NCBI GenBank assembly: GCA_963695545.1
Contig: OY968796.1
Coordinates: forward strand, 2,784,001 to 2,848,000
Direction of reading: 5' to 3'
DNA length: 64,000 bases
DNA from: Terriglobia bacterium
GTDB lineage: Bacteria > Acidobacteriota > Terriglobia > Acidiferrales > UBA7541
The position numbers were made by a program, and so were the translations under genes. The notes beneath the pieces are model-generated. The model saw only the letters and a program-made list of their open reading frames with translations. It did no database searches and was not told the DNA's origin. Shown here one piece after another: positions 41,164 to 51,960 of the stretch. Numbering within the stretch: the first letter of the stretch is position 1; every line of letters begins with the position of its first letter.

Positions 41164-41643
41164 TTAGCTGATCGGGGTGCTAGCAAACGTCGCTGCGGTG
41201 TTGGGGTCGGCGCGGATCACACCTGTCTGATCGGTGAAGAAGTAGCGCAGCCCGGTCACACCTGGGTTGATCGGAGCCGCGTTGATGATGTAGTTGTCGA
41301 TGTTGCCCGCGCTATCGACCGCACCGGACGAGAACGAGAACGTGTACCCGGTCTTCGTACCGGTCTGCAGAACGTTGTCAATCAATTCCGCGGAAGTCGA
41401 AGTCGGAAGCGCGGTCGTGCCTTCTCCACCCAGCGCATTCAGGGACGAAGGGAATCCGCCGTAGGTCACCGAATACGTGATGGCAGACGTGTTCAGAGTA
41501 CGAAGTGAACCGACGGCCGAAGCTTCGTTGGCGGCCATCTTTGAACGCAGCAAGTTCGGTATGGCAATCGCTGCGATAATTAAGATAATCGCAACGACGA
41601 TCAAAAGCTCGATTAACGAAAAACCTTTTTGCTTATTCCGCAT
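41164..41643 (-). CDS. Type IV pilin-like protein 2
   Basis: KG/FSLIELLIVVAII; AAGGAG SD; 131/159 aa identical to pilin 1 by manual count. Confidence 0.93.
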   Translation of the reverse strand: MRNKQKGFSLIELLIVVAIILIIAAIAIPNLLRSKMAANEASAVGSLRTLNTSAITYSVTYGGFPSSLNALGGEGTTALPTSTSAELIDNVLQTGTKTGYTFSFSSGAVDSAGNIDNYIINAAPINPGVTGLRYFFTDQTGVIRADPNTAATFASTPIS

Positions 41644-41727
41644 GAAGTCTCCTTAAAATCGTCGAAAGAATGGTCGGAAGGTGTGTGTATGTTCGGGACC
41701 ACAGACGCTTCTTCTGCCGCTTTATGT

Positions 41728-41743
41728 TGCAGGCCGCCCGCCA
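41728..41743 (-). promoter_or_regulatory. sigma54 promoter of pilin 2
   Basis: Minus strand TGGCGGGCGGCCTGCA (GG-N10-GC), 85 bp before the start. Confidence 0.55.
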
Positions 41744-41868
41744 TCCGGAGTGGTACAGGTAACCGAACTGGTACATTCGGCCCAACTATCGATTAATCAG
41801 TGTCATAACGGGACAGTGGGACCGAAGCGACCGCCAAGCCGCAAGGAAAACACTCCCTAATCTACGCT

Positions 41869-41910
41869 ATTCGGCCACTAATTGTCGTTACTTCACGACA
41901 CAAATTGGCA
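41869..41910 (-). promoter_or_regulatory. Upstream activator box of pilin 2 (TGTCG-N8-CGACA)
   Basis: Matches the box at 37884-37925. Confidence 0.65.
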
Positions 41911-41927
41911 GTAACTCGACGGGCAGC

Positions 41928-41962
41928 AAAAATGAGAACGGGCGGATTGTTCATCCGCCCGT
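41928..41962 (-). terminator. Intrinsic terminator of the coiled-coil gene
   Basis: ACGGGCGGAT/ATCCGCCCGT stem followed on the minus strand by TCTCATTTTT. Confidence 0.65.
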
Positions 41963-42063
41963 CTGCTGCCTCGTCCGGACCGGCCGAGGTTCCCCGCGGG
42001 CCGATCCAAGTTGTTGTGAAACCCTTCGTGCGTCGGGCGTCTTGCCTCGACCGGAGCCAGCGA

Positions 42064-42927
42064 CTAGTCGCTGCTGGCCGAAGCCGAGACCGCCGCCTTC
42101 GGTGGCTTGGGCACACTGATGTAGCCGGTGATGGTGTCCTTGCCGACAGAGTTCACCACAAATTCGCACGGTGTGCGCACGCCGCCCTCATGGAAGAAGA
42201 TCGGGTCGTTCGCCGCGCGGTTCTTGCGGTCGATATGCACGTCATCCACGAGCAGGTCGACGGTGAATTGTTTCTTGTTTGGGTTGGTGCTGCGCAGGGT
42301 GACCTGAAGATTGCCGACAGTCTGCGCCTTGTTACGCGAGGTGATGGTGAATTCCGTGTAATCCCGTTCACCCATGCGCTGCAATTCCGCGATCTGTTCG
42401 CCGTTGGTGGCAATCAGCGTTCCCATCTGGCTTTTGGCCATTTGCAGATCGGTGCGCGTGGAGTCGAGATCGGTGCGCACGCCGGTCACGCGCGTGTCCA
42501 CGGCTTTGACGTCATCGGAGCTCGCCTTGGTGGCAAGCTGGGTGGTCACGGTGGAGTTCACGTCGTCGATTTTCTGCTCGCTGGCCTGGAGATCGTCAGC
42601 TTCCTGCTTGCGCGCCTTGGCCAGCTGGCCCTGCGTCAAATTGAGTTTCTTGGTGACCGTGTTCAGGTCGCTCTGCAGCTGGGTATCGGTCGCATCGACC
42701 GTGGCCTCATGCTGCTGGACCGTTGCGATCTGGCTCGTGTAGTCCGCCTTCGCGCTCTTCAACTCGTTCTCGAGCGTCGCCTGGTACTGATCAGCACGCG
42801 AGGAAGCCATCCAGCCTACGCCGATTCCGGCCAAGCCCGCGATGATTCCCAAAATTACCGCCGGAATAACCCAGCCCGGAGTGCTCTTCTGCTCTACGAC
42901 CGTCGTGTACTCGTGCTCGTCTGCCAT
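42064..42927 (-). CDS. Membrane-anchored coiled-coil protein of unknown function
   Basis: One N-terminal TM, long Q/T/K/A-rich helical region, beta-rich C-terminal domain. Confidence 0.8.
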   Translation of the reverse strand: MADEHEYTTVVEQKSTPGWVIPAVILGIIAGLAGIGVGWMASSRADQYQATLENELKSAKADYTSQIATVQQHEATVDATDTQLQSDLNTVTKKLNLTQGQLAKARKQEADDLQASEQKIDDVNSTVTTQLATKASSDDVKAVDTRVTGVRTDLDSTRTDLQMAKSQMGTLIATNGEQIAELQRMGERDYTEFTITSRNKAQTVGNLQVTLRSTNPNKKQFTVDLLVDDVHIDRKNRAANDPIFFHEGGVRTPCEFVVNSVGKDTITGYISVPKPPKAAVSASASSD

Positions 42928-42970
42928 GTTTATTCCCCCCGAAGGTGTGATGAAACCTCAGTGGTGTCAT

Positions 42971-42986
42971 AGCAAGGCGAGCGCCA
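42971..42986 (-). promoter_or_regulatory. sigma54 promoter candidate
   Basis: Minus strand TGGCGCTCGCCTTGCT (GG-N10-GC). Confidence 0.6.
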
Positions 42987-43191
42987 ACTCCCGGACGCTG
43001 CGGCGAGATCGACAACTTACTGACGAGACTGTACTTCCCGAAGCGCCGCAATGAGCGGCGTCGGGCGATGCTAGTACTAGTCCGTGCAATCTTTACCGTA
43101 TACCGTGCGATGTGGCACGCTGTGCGCGGCAATTTTGCCGCGCACGGCGTGCGTTGAAGTTGCTTGAGTGAACTGTCCGGAGCTGCTAGCG

Positions 43192-46100
43192 TCAGCGGCC
43201 CGGGCCCGGTGGATACGCCGGGAGGTCCGGCGGACGCGGAGGCAGTTGCTGCCGCTTCGGGTTGGCCTGAATGGCCTGGGTGACAACCTCAATGGCCTTT
43301 TCAAGCTGCGGATCGTGCCCGGCCATCACCTGGTCCGGCAGATTGTCGATGACAATGTCGGGCTCGACGCCGTGATTTTCGACCACCCACTGGCCATCGA
43401 GGTCATAGAGCGAGAATTCGGGCCGGGTGACGTATCCGCCGTCCAGCAGCGGGATCAACCCGCGAATTCCGCGGACGCCGCCCCAGGTGCGCATGCCGAT
43501 CAGCGGCCCGAGCTTGTCCTGCTTGAAGAGATAGCTGAAAAAATCGCCGTCGGACGCGGCGTACTCATTCGTCACGCAGGCCATCGGCCCATTGAAGGTG
43601 ACGTACGGAATCGTGCTGGAGGGCCAGTTGCGCGCCGATGACATGGCCACCAGCATTCGCTGGAGCCTGAGAAGAATCATATCCGCCACGAAGCCGCCGC
43701 CATTGAAGCGCACGTCAATGATCAGTCCTTGCTTACGGATCTGCGGAAAGAACTGGCGCACAAATTCGTTCAGGCCGTCATCTTCCATGTTGGGGAGGTA
43801 GATGTAGCCGATCTTGCCATCCGAAGCGGCATCTACCTTGCGGCGGTTGGTTTCGATCCAATCGAGTTCGCGCAAATGGTATTCGCTGGCGATGGTGCGC
43901 ACGACGACGTTGCGCGAGCCGGCGTCGGTGGGTGTGGAATTTACGGTGAGCGTGACGTTCTGCCCCGCCGTATTCACGAACAGCTCGTACGGATTCTGCG
44001 GAACGCGCAGAGCATGACCGTTCACGGCCAGAAGATAGCTGCCTTCCGGCACATTGATGCCCGGTTCGGTGAGCGGCGAAATGCGTTGCGCGTCCCAATT
44101 TTCGCCCGCATAGATTTTCTTGATGCGATACATTTCGTGCGCGGCGTCGGCTTCAAAATCGACGCCCAGCAGTCCGACGTTCACCGGATGCAAATCCGGA
44201 GAATCGCCGCCGCCGGCATAAGTGTGCGAATTGCTCAGCTCGCCGATCATGTCGCCGATCAGCAGCGTCAAGTCATAGCGATCGGCTACGTAGGGAAGCA
44301 GCGCTTCGTACTTCTTGCGTACCGCTTCCCAATCCACGCCGTTCATCGAAGGCTCGAAGAAATAATCGCGTTCCTGGCGATAAACTTCGTCGAACATCTG
44401 CCGCCATTCGGCCCGGGGATCGATGTCCGCGCGGAGATTCGAGAGGTCCAGTGCGTCCTCGCCCGGATGATGCGCTGCTCCGGCGAATGCCGTGTCCACG
44501 ATGCCGTAGGTGCCGGCGCCGCCTTCGCCGGGCGGCCCGGCGTAAAGCAATTTTTTGCCATCGGTCGAGACGGCGAAGGCTGTGGCGCCGGCGACGAAGA
44601 CATGGTCCTCGCGCGCCGTCATGTCGAAGATGTGAATCGCGGGCTCTTCACCGGGGAGCGGGCCGGATAGGCCCTGGACCGGCTGCGTGGCGTAAAACAT
44701 ATAGCCCTTGGAGGCGCCCACCTGAGAGATCACCGAAGGCGCCATTGGAAACACCACGATGCGATTCGAAATGCCGTCGAGGTCGATTCGGAATTCGCTC
44801 TTCGCCGCCGCTGCGGGCGCGGGCGTTGCGGAGGCGGCGGGGGCCGGCGTTTGATTGCCTTTCACCGGTTTCTGCGCTTTTCCTTTCGCAGCTTTCGCTT
44901 TCTCTTGCGCGGCGGCGGGGTTTGTGGCTGGCTGAGTCAGAGTATCGGGCGCGGCGGGCGCCGGAGCCGCCGCCGCCGCCGCCGATGTTTCTTCCTTGGT
45001 GCTGACTTCGTCGCTGCGCGTGGCGAACGGCGAAGGCAGATCGTTGCGCAGCGTGATGGCGTAAATGCGCGAGGCCTTGGGATTCGAGAATTCCTCGTCG
45101 TAGACGCCCATCACTTCGTTGTAATCGCGCTGCGATATCACATAGAGATATTTTCCGTCGGGATCGAAGGCCGGATTGGATGTGTTCACGAATTCGTCGC
45201 CGACTTGCGTGACCGTTTTCGTGTCCAGCGAATAGAGCTGCAGGGCATTGTTGTTATTTGCGAATTGCTTCGAGTACGCGATCCACTTGCTGTCGGGCGA
45301 CCAGGTGTAATCCTGAATTTCCGCATACACCGCGGTGTCCGCGAGCATCGGCTTCTTGTCTTTCACATCCACGTACCACAGCCGCAACTTCTGATCGGCG
45401 TAGGCGAGTTTCTTGCTGTCGGGCGACCACACCGGCGGGAATAGGAAGCCTTTGCTGCCCGTGGTGATGCGCTGCGCGGGTCCCAAACCGTCCTGCGGCA
45501 CGACGTACAGTTCTTCCTCGCCGCTGGCGTCGGAAATGTACGCGATCCATTTGCCGTCGGGCGACCAGGCCACGCCGTGCTCGCGCGTGCCCGGTGAAGC
45601 GGCGAGGTTGCGGATGCTGCCGTGCTTGGCCGGCACGGTATAGACCTCGCCGCGCGCCGCGAATGCCGCGCGGCTTCCGTCCGGCGCGATGGCGAAATCG
45701 GTGATCAGCTTGGCGACGTTGTCCCAGTGCGTGCGCGCCAGCGGCAGATCGCCCGGCAGATAGACGGTCAGCTTGCGCGATTGTTCCGTGGCCGTGTCGA
45801 ACAAATACAAATAGCCCGCGTTTTCAAACGCGATGGTATCGCCGCCAAGGCTCGGCCAATCCACGTCGAAGTCCGTGAAGTGCGTGAGTTGCCGCGTTTG
45901 CTTCGATGTAAGGTCGTACGCAAAAAGATTCATGCGATGATCGGCGCCGCGATCGGAGCCGAAATAAATCGTGTTGCCGTGCCACATCGGATAGGTGTTG
46001 GTGCCGTCGTAGTCGGTGATTTTCTCCACGTGATTTGCGGGGAAATTGTAAATCCAAATCGATTGCGCCATTCCGCCGGTGTAGCGCTTCCAGGTGCGGA

Positions 46101-46671
46101 AATTTCGGAAGATGCGGTTGTAGGCGATGCTTTTTCCGTCGGGCGAAAAAGAAGTCAGGCCGCCCTTATCCACCGGCAATTGCACGGGCAAGCCGCCGGT
46201 AACGGGCACGGTGAACAATCGGCCGAACCAATCGTTAAACGTGTTCCGGCGCGAGAGAAATACGATGTTCTGGCTGTCGGGGGTCCAGGTGATCACTTCG
46301 TTGTTCGGCCCCATGCGTTCGGGCATCGGCTGAATATCTGGCAGGAAAGTCAGTTGGCGCGGCTCGCCGCCCGTCGCCGGCATCACGTAGACGTTGAAAT
46401 TGCCGTCGTACTGCGCGGTGAAGGCGATCCATTTTCCGTCGGGCGAGAATTTCGGAAATATTTCGAGGCCCGGACTGCTGGTAATCCGTTCGGCCACGCC
46501 TCCGTCGGTCGAGACCAGCCACAGATCGCCCGCGTAACTGAACACCACTTTGTCGCCGTGCACATCGGGGAAGCGCATCAGGCGCCCCTCGGGCATGGTT
46601 TGAGCCATCGCCGCGGATGACGCGAACAGCAGCACGCACAGGAATACAAGCAGAGCACGGTAGTGTTTCAT
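43192..46671 (-). CDS. Tricorn-like S41 protease, secreted
   Basis: Signal peptide, PD40 repeats (FSPDG), KRYTGG, PDZ-like region, DVRFNGGG, ASDGD catalytic Ser, RTWGG, ENHGVEPD. Confidence 0.93.
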   Translation of the reverse strand: MKHYRALLVFLCVLLFASSAAMAQTMPEGRLMRFPDVHGDKVVFSYAGDLWLVSTDGGVAERITSSPGLEIFPKFSPDGKWIAFTAQYDGNFNVYVMPATGGEPRQLTFLPDIQPMPERMGPNNEVITWTPDSQNIVFLSRRNTFNDWFGRLFTVPVTGGLPVQLPVDKGGLTSFSPDGKSIAYNRIFRNFRTWKRYTGGMAQSIWIYNFPANHVEKITDYDGTNTYPMWHGNTIYFGSDRGADHRMNLFAYDLTSKQTRQLTHFTDFDVDWPSLGGDTIAFENAGYLYLFDTATEQSRKLTVYLPGDLPLARTHWDNVAKLITDFAIAPDGSRAAFAARGEVYTVPAKHGSIRNLAASPGTREHGVAWSPDGKWIAYISDASGEEELYVVPQDGLGPAQRITTGSKGFLFPPVWSPDSKKLAYADQKLRLWYVDVKDKKPMLADTAVYAEIQDYTWSPDSKWIAYSKQFANNNNALQLYSLDTKTVTQVGDEFVNTSNPAFDPDGKYLYVISQRDYNEVMGVYDEEFSNPKASRIYAITLRNDLPSPFATRSDEVSTKEETSAAAAAAPAPAAPDTLTQPATNPAAAQEKAKAAKGKAQKPVKGNQTPAPAASATPAPAAAAKSEFRIDLDGISNRIVVFPMAPSVISQVGASKGYMFYATQPVQGLSGPLPGEEPAIHIFDMTAREDHVFVAGATAFAVSTDGKKLLYAGPPGEGGAGTYGIVDTAFAGAAHHPGEDALDLSNLRADIDPRAEWRQMFDEVYRQERDYFFEPSMNGVDWEAVRKKYEALLPYVADRYDLTLLIGDMIGELSNSHTYAGGGDSPDLHPVNVGLLGVDFEADAAHEMYRIKKIYAGENWDAQRISPLTEPGINVPEGSYLLAVNGHALRVPQNPYELFVNTAGQNVTLTVNSTPTDAGSRNVVVRTIASEYHLRELDWIETNRRKVDAASDGKIGYIYLPNMEDDGLNEFVRQFFPQIRKQGLIIDVRFNGGGFVADMILLRLQRMLVAMSSARNWPSSTIPYVTFNGPMACVTNEYAASDGDFFSYLFKQDKLGPLIGMRTWGGVRGIRGLIPLLDGGYVTRPEFSLYDLDGQWVVENHGVEPDIVIDNLPDQVMAGHDPQLEKAIEVVTQAIQANPKRQQLPPRPPDLPAYPPGPGR

Positions 46672-46883
46672 TAAGTTTGCACCCCTACCCGATTCAAATT
46701 GAGGCCACTCGCAGCGGAATATGATAGCGCAACCGCCCGCGCCGCGCGAATAGCGGCTGCGGCTCAAATGCCCAGCCCCCGCTTGGGTAGAAGCGATCGG
46801 CAACGCCGTGGCGCGCGCGACGCGAAGACCTCCGGCGCGAGCGTGCGGCGGCAATTCACTTCGTGCGATTTAGTTGGCGAGAA

Positions 46884-49550
46884 TCACTTAACGGGAATCA
46901 GAGGAGGCTCGGCAAGAATCTTGGTTCCGAGATCGTGATCTTTGTCTTTGTTGTAGGCATTCGCCGCGTGCAATTGATCTTCTATGAGCTTGAAAAGCTC
47001 CGAGGTGCGGATGGGTTTGGAAAGGTAGGCGTCCATTCCGGCTGCAAGGCATCGCTCTTGATCTCCTTTGAGCGCGTGGGCGGTCATCGCGATGATCGGA
47101 GTGTGGGCGCCCGTGGATTTTTCCTTGTTGCGGATCGCGGCGGTAGCCTGCAAGCCGTCCATTTCCGGCATCTGCACGTCCATGAGGATCGCGTCAAACG
47201 GTCCTTTTTCGAGTGCCTCGAGCGCGGCCCGTCCGTCGCCGACAACCGTCACATCGAATCCGCGCTTTTCAAGCAATCGCAGCGCTAGCTTTTGGTTCAC
47301 CAGATTGTCTTCGGCCAATAGGATTCGATTGCGATGACGCTCCTCGCGCAAGGTGTGTTTCGTCACCAATCGATCGGGATTTTTTTGCGGCGCGTCTTGC
47401 AGCACAGCGCAGATCGCGTTCAATAATTCGCCCTGGCGAATCGGCTTCACCAGGTAAGCCGAAATGCCCAGTTCGCGGCAGCGCGCCGCGTCTCCGATTT
47501 GACCAGCCGATGTCAGCATCATGATCGTGGCGCCGGCGAGCGACGGATCTTGCCGGATCATTTCCGCCACCATGAACCCGTCCATGCCCGGCATCTGCCC
47601 GTCCAGCAGAACCAGCGGAAACGGTTGGCCTTGGCTCTTGGCGATCTGAAGCGAGCGCAGTCCCGTCTGGCCTCCTTCGCTTATGCTGGGCCGCATGCCC
47701 CAGCGCGCCAGCATACCCTCGAGCACTCGCCGATTCGCGTAATTGTCGTCCACAATCAGAGCGCGCACGTTGTACAGGCACGCGGGCTCAGGGGGCGCGG
47801 GTCGCGTCGTGGGCGAATCCGGCAGCGCGAGCTGCAATGTGAAGTGGAAAGTGCTTCCTTCGCCCGGCTGGCTTTCAACCCAGATGCGTCCGCGCATCAT
47901 GTCCACGAGTCTCTTGCAAATCGTCAGCCCGAGGCCTGTGCCGCCGTATTTTCGAGCCATCGAGCCGTCCGCTTGGGAGAACGGCTCGAAGATCGTGGCT
48001 TGTTTTTCGGCTGGCACGCCGATGCCTGTATCGCGCACGGAAAAGTGCAGGGTGGTCCGTCCGGCCTGTGCCTCCTGCGCTTGCTCTTCGACACTCACCA
48101 CGATCTCGCCTGCTTGGGTGAACTTGATGGCGTTGTTCACCAGGTTGACCAGGATTTGGCGAATTCGGCCCGGGTCGCCCAGCAGTGTTTCGGCAACCTC
48201 CGGCTGAACCTCGTAGACCAATTCGAGGTCCTTCTGATGCGCGCGGAAGCCCATGGCCTGCATGGTTTCTCCAAGGCTCTCGCGCAGATCGAAGGTGATG
48301 GATTCGAGATCGAGTTTGCCGGCCTCGATTTTCGAGAAATCCAGAATGTCGTTGATGATGGAGAGAAGCGATTCCGCCGATTGACGAACCAGCTCCAGAT
48401 GCTCGCGCTGCTCCGCAGTAAGCTCGGTATCGAGCGCAAGCTCGGTCATTCCGAGTATGCCGTTCATCGGCGTGCGGATTTCATGGCTCATGGTGGCCAG
48501 GAATTCGCTCTTGGCGCGATTGGCGTTCTCCGCCTCGCCTCGCGCGGCCTCGGCGTCGCTCCGGGAACTTTCCGCGTCCAGGCGAGCGGCTTCCGCATTC
48601 CGTTTTGCGGCGCGCGCGTGGCGGATCAGCCAGCCGAATTGGAGCAGGACGAACGCCAGGATCACGGCTCCGGCGGCCAGCAGGCTCTCGCTGCGCTGCG
48701 CGGCCAGCAAATAAAACAGGCCGCGGGTTTGGGGCAGGCTATTGTCCAGCCATTCGAATTCGATGTTGGCCAGGGTGCCGTCCTTGGCCATTGCGCTCAG
48801 CGCATCCCGAAGAACGTTTGCAGCTTCCACGGCGTTCGGCCGGCGATAGCTCGCGCCAATGCCATACATCACGGAAAAACCGGGAGCGTCGACCATCCGC
48901 AGCGGAACGTTCTGGCATTCCTCTGGCAAAGCGATGCGGTCGAAGTTCTGCGAGATTACGGCGGCTTGCGCCTGGCCCGTGCAGACGGCGATCAATTGGC
49001 CCAGCGTGTTCCCGACGTTCACGAATTTCGCGTTCGGGAAGTTTCGCTTTCCGAGCTTGTTCTCGACGCTGCCGGGAAAGTCGGCCAGCGTTAGGTTCGA
49101 AGACCGAGTGAAGCCCACAATCGGATTGGCTTCTCGAGATACCAGTCCGTACGCGCGCAAAGTCCAGGGAGCGGAGACGTACACGCGCCCTCTGCGCTCC
49201 GGCAGGGCCCCGATGATCGGCCACAGATCGACTTGACCCGATTCAAGCGCCGCATCTGCGTCCTCCGGCGAATAAACCCATTCAAGTTTGATGCCGCTTC
49301 GCCGCGCGGCTTCGTTCAACAAATCGACCGTATTGCCGGAAGCTTTTCCATCGGCACTCAGAAAGTGTTCGTTCCGGGCGTTCAGGAAGCCGATTCGGAA
49401 CGGCGTTTGGCGCAGACGCGTGTATCGCAAATGGAGAATTCCGACGACGCCAAAGCTCGCCAGCACTCCCACGAAGAGCAGCACGGCGATTGCCCATCTT
49501 CGACGCGCGTTCACGTTGCTCGACATAATCCTCGAAGTAAGTTCCGGCAC
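46884..49550 (-). CDS. Hybrid sensor histidine kinase (periplasmic solute-binding-like sensor, HisKA, HATPase, two receivers)
   Basis: [35 protein letters not shown] and MDVQMP; two TM helices. Confidence 0.94.
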   Translation of the reverse strand: MPELTSRIMSSNVNARRRWAIAVLLFVGVLASFGVVGILHLRYTRLRQTPFRIGFLNARNEHFLSADGKASGNTVDLLNEAARRSGIKLEWVYSPEDADAALESGQVDLWPIIGALPERRGRVYVSAPWTLRAYGLVSREANPIVGFTRSSNLTLADFPGSVENKLGKRNFPNAKFVNVGNTLGQLIAVCTGQAQAAVISQNFDRIALPEECQNVPLRMVDAPGFSVMYGIGASYRRPNAVEAANVLRDALSAMAKDGTLANIEFEWLDNSLPQTRGLFYLLAAQRSESLLAAGAVILAFVLLQFGWLIRHARAAKRNAEAARLDAESSRSDAEAARGEAENANRAKSEFLATMSHEIRTPMNGILGMTELALDTELTAEQREHLELVRQSAESLLSIINDILDFSKIEAGKLDLESITFDLRESLGETMQAMGFRAHQKDLELVYEVQPEVAETLLGDPGRIRQILVNLVNNAIKFTQAGEIVVSVEEQAQEAQAGRTTLHFSVRDTGIGVPAEKQATIFEPFSQADGSMARKYGGTGLGLTICKRLVDMMRGRIWVESQPGEGSTFHFTLQLALPDSPTTRPAPPEPACLYNVRALIVDDNYANRRVLEGMLARWGMRPSISEGGQTGLRSLQIAKSQGQPFPLVLLDGQMPGMDGFMVAEMIRQDPSLAGATIMMLTSAGQIGDAARCRELGISAYLVKPIRQGELLNAICAVLQDAPQKNPDRLVTKHTLREERHRNRILLAEDNLVNQKLALRLLEKRGFDVTVVGDGRAALEALEKGPFDAILMDVQMPEMDGLQATAAIRNKEKSTGAHTPIIAMTAHALKGDQERCLAAGMDAYLSKPIRTSELFKLIEDQLHAANAYNKDKDHDLGTKILAEPPLIPVK

Positions 49551-49842
49551 GATTCAGAAATCTCCGCCGCTCTCAGTTCCTTATCTGGATTACAGATCTT
49601 GTCTACTGCTGGCGCTGGCGATTGCGGGAATTAAGGCAGCACGGCGACGCCCATACGCCGCTGGCGGCACGCCTGATAACTTGTCTGGAATCAGATTTTA
49701 ATGGTACACCGTGGAGCGCGGTGGTCGGTTCTTTTTCCTACCAGTGTTCCGCCTGGGTACCTTGGCGCCGTATCGGTACATCCGCATCGGAAAGAGTTTT
49801 GAATTCTGCGAGCTGCGAAAGGCGCCGCAGCGCGACCCAAGG

Positions 49843-50499
49843 CTAGCCGCCGAGCAATGCATACCGGCGCAGCTCGCTCCTCAAAGTCGCGAGGCCCGTA
49901 AATCTCACTCCCAACATTCCGATCTCTCTGGCGGCCTGAACGTTCTCCTCGATGTCATCGACGTATAACGTTTCGCCCGCGGCCACGCCGATCTCCTGTA
50001 GCGCGCGGAGATAAATCCCTGGCGCCGGTTTGCATATGCCGACTCGGCAGGAATAAACCCGCACTGGAAAATAGCGCATGAAAGAAAGATTCTTTTCCAT
50101 GTACGCTACGTGGAGCGGATCGGTGTTTGAGATCAACCCCAGCCGCGCGCGCGCTCGAAGCTCGCGGAAAAGTCCGTCGCCGATGATCGGATCGGGCTCC
50201 AGCACTCGGCACCACGCTTCCGAGAACGCCTCGAAATCGATCGGCGAATCCAGTTTTCGCGCCAAGTGCCGGTGCCATTCGCGCGGCTCAATCTTGCCCG
50301 TTTCCCAATCGTTCCACAGAGGATCAACTTGAATCGCTGTCCAGATCTGCTCCGCGGAGAACCCCGTGCCATGTTGCAGGGCAGCCAGCGCGCGCGACAC
50401 ATTCACGCGCACGATCACGCCGCCAATATCGAATATCACGGCGCGCGGCGGCGCGGCGGACGGCGACTCGCCCGCTCTCATCGCGTTTCCAACGATCAT
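49843..50499 (-). CDS. HAD-family phosphatase (YihX-like)
   Basis: FDIGGV, ISNT, KPAPGIY, YVDD..NV. Confidence 0.88.
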   Translation of the reverse strand: MIVGNAMRAGESPSAAPPRAVIFDIGGVIVRVNVSRALAALQHGTGFSAEQIWTAIQVDPLWNDWETGKIEPREWHRHLARKLDSPIDFEAFSEAWCRVLEPDPIIGDGLFRELRARARLGLISNTDPLHVAYMEKNLSFMRYFPVRVYSCRVGICKPAPGIYLRALQEIGVAAGETLYVDDIEENVQAAREIGMLGVRFTGLATLRSELRRYALLGG

Positions 50500-51188
50500 G
50501 GCTGTTCTTGTTCGGCCTTACGCGAAGCGAGCGGAGCTTCCGATGGCTTGCCATAACGCGCGCGCAGCAAGCCGATAATCGCCGGCAGCAGCGAGAGAAA
50601 CACCACCACGGCGATCACGTAGTGAATCTTTTGGCTGATGTTCGGGATCACCGATCCCAGAAAATACCCGCCGAAAATCATGCTGCCCACCCAGACGATG
50701 CCACCCACGATGTCGTAACTCAAATAGTGCCTGTAATCCATGCGCGCCGCGCCGGCCACCGGCGGGCAGAATGTGCGCACGATGGGCACAAAGCGCGCCA
50801 GGATAATGGTCTTGCCGCCATTGGCTTCGTAAAACTGATGCGCGCGCTCGAGATGTTTTCTGCGGAACAACAGAGAATCGCGGCGGCTGTAAAGCGCCTG
50901 GCCCGCGCGCCGTCCAATCCAGTAGCCGAGCTGATCGCCTGCGATCGCGCACAGCGTCACAAGTGCCGCGAGCTTCATCACCGGCAAGCGCCCTGCGCCC
51001 GCAAGCACCCCAGCCGTCACCAGCAGGGAATCGCCCGGCAGAAAAAAACCGGCGAACAGTCCCGTTTCCGCGAACACGATCGCGCAGACCAGCAGCGTGC
51101 CGCCCCATTCGATCAGGCCCTTCACGTTGTACAGCGTGTCGAAAAGATGCTTGAGCGTCGTAAGCATGTGCGGAATTCGGCTGGCCAT
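50496..51188 (-). CDS. dedA: DedA family membrane protein
   Basis: FAETGL..FFLPGDSLL, GDQLGY, ARFVPIVRTF. Confidence 0.92.
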   Translation of the reverse strand: MASRIPHMLTTLKHLFDTLYNVKGLIEWGGTLLVCAIVFAETGLFAGFFLPGDSLLVTAGVLAGAGRLPVMKLAALVTLCAIAGDQLGYWIGRRAGQALYSRRDSLLFRRKHLERAHQFYEANGGKTIILARFVPIVRTFCPPVAGAARMDYRHYLSYDIVGGIVWVGSMIFGGYFLGSVIPNISQKIHYVIAVVVFLSLLPAIIGLLRARYGKPSEAPLASRKAEQEQP

Positions 51189-51465
51189 AACGTTATCAGA
51201 AAATCTAGCTTTTCTCGCGCGTCGCTTTTGCGCCGCCTACCGATCCGTCATCGCCGTCTTCCGCCATCTTCGTGGTGCGCGCGCAGATTCATTTGAACCG
51301 CGCATCGCGCTGCGCGCGACCGCGCGCCCTGTTTGTGCTGCAACGGGCAACAGTACTTTCGGTTCATGACTGTGTGAGCACCGTACTATTGCCCCCTCTG
51401 TTTTTCGCCGCGAGAATCGAAATTGTTCGGCGAGATTTCCATCGTCGACTGAGGGTACCAACGCC

Positions 51466-51681
51466 ATGAAGAGCGTCTACGCCGCCTGGATCGGGCAACC
51501 GGTGGTCATGCAGCTTGCTTCCGACGAACTCCGCGTGCCGCTGCGCGGAACTGTGGTCGGCGAAACCGACGCCATCGTACGTTTCCGGCTCGGCGACGGC
51601 CTCGACATCGACATTTACAAGAAGATGATTTTGGCCATTGAGGAGGACACCTTCGCGGGTCTCCTCATGAGCAAGGATTGA
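51466..51681 (+). CDS. Small protein with Sm/Hfq-like pattern
   Basis: WIGQPVVMQL..LRGTVV..IDIYKKMILAIE; GAGGG SD. Confidence 0.6.
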   Translation: MKSVYAAWIGQPVVMQLASDELRVPLRGTVVGETDAIVRFRLGDGLDIDIYKKMILAIEEDTFAGLLMSKD

Positions 51682-51908
51682 TCGTGATCGCCGCTCAAAG
51701 CGGTGCGCGCGTGTCCCCGCAAGCCATGCAGGGACAGATCGATGAAGGCCGCGCCGCCGTGCTTCTCGGATTCAGCCGCGAATCCTTACGGCGCATGTCC
51801 GAGGAACTCGGCATCGGCCGCAAAAACGCCGACGCCGCGAGCGACACGATCGTTTTCACCTACGAGGAATTGTATCGGCTCTGCCGCTCCTCAATTCGAG
51901 CGGCCTGA
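51678..51908 (+). CDS. Small MerR/excisionase-like HTH protein
   Basis: AAVLLGFSRESLRRM..G..VFTYEEL; overlaps the upstream stop; start uncertain. Confidence 0.55.
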   Translation: MIVIAAQSGARVSPQAMQGQIDEGRAAVLLGFSRESLRRMSEELGIGRKNADAASDTIVFTYEELYRLCRSSIRAA

Positions 51909-51960
51909 CAGCCACACAAACGAGTTTACTCCGGCCCCCGCTTCTGTTTTATCCCCCACG

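Noticed and set aside
38155..41643. Recombinase-driven invertible pilin switch
   Set aside because: No recombinase in the window, the pilin DNA differs at most synonymous sites with no long identical tract, and each pilin has its own promoter.
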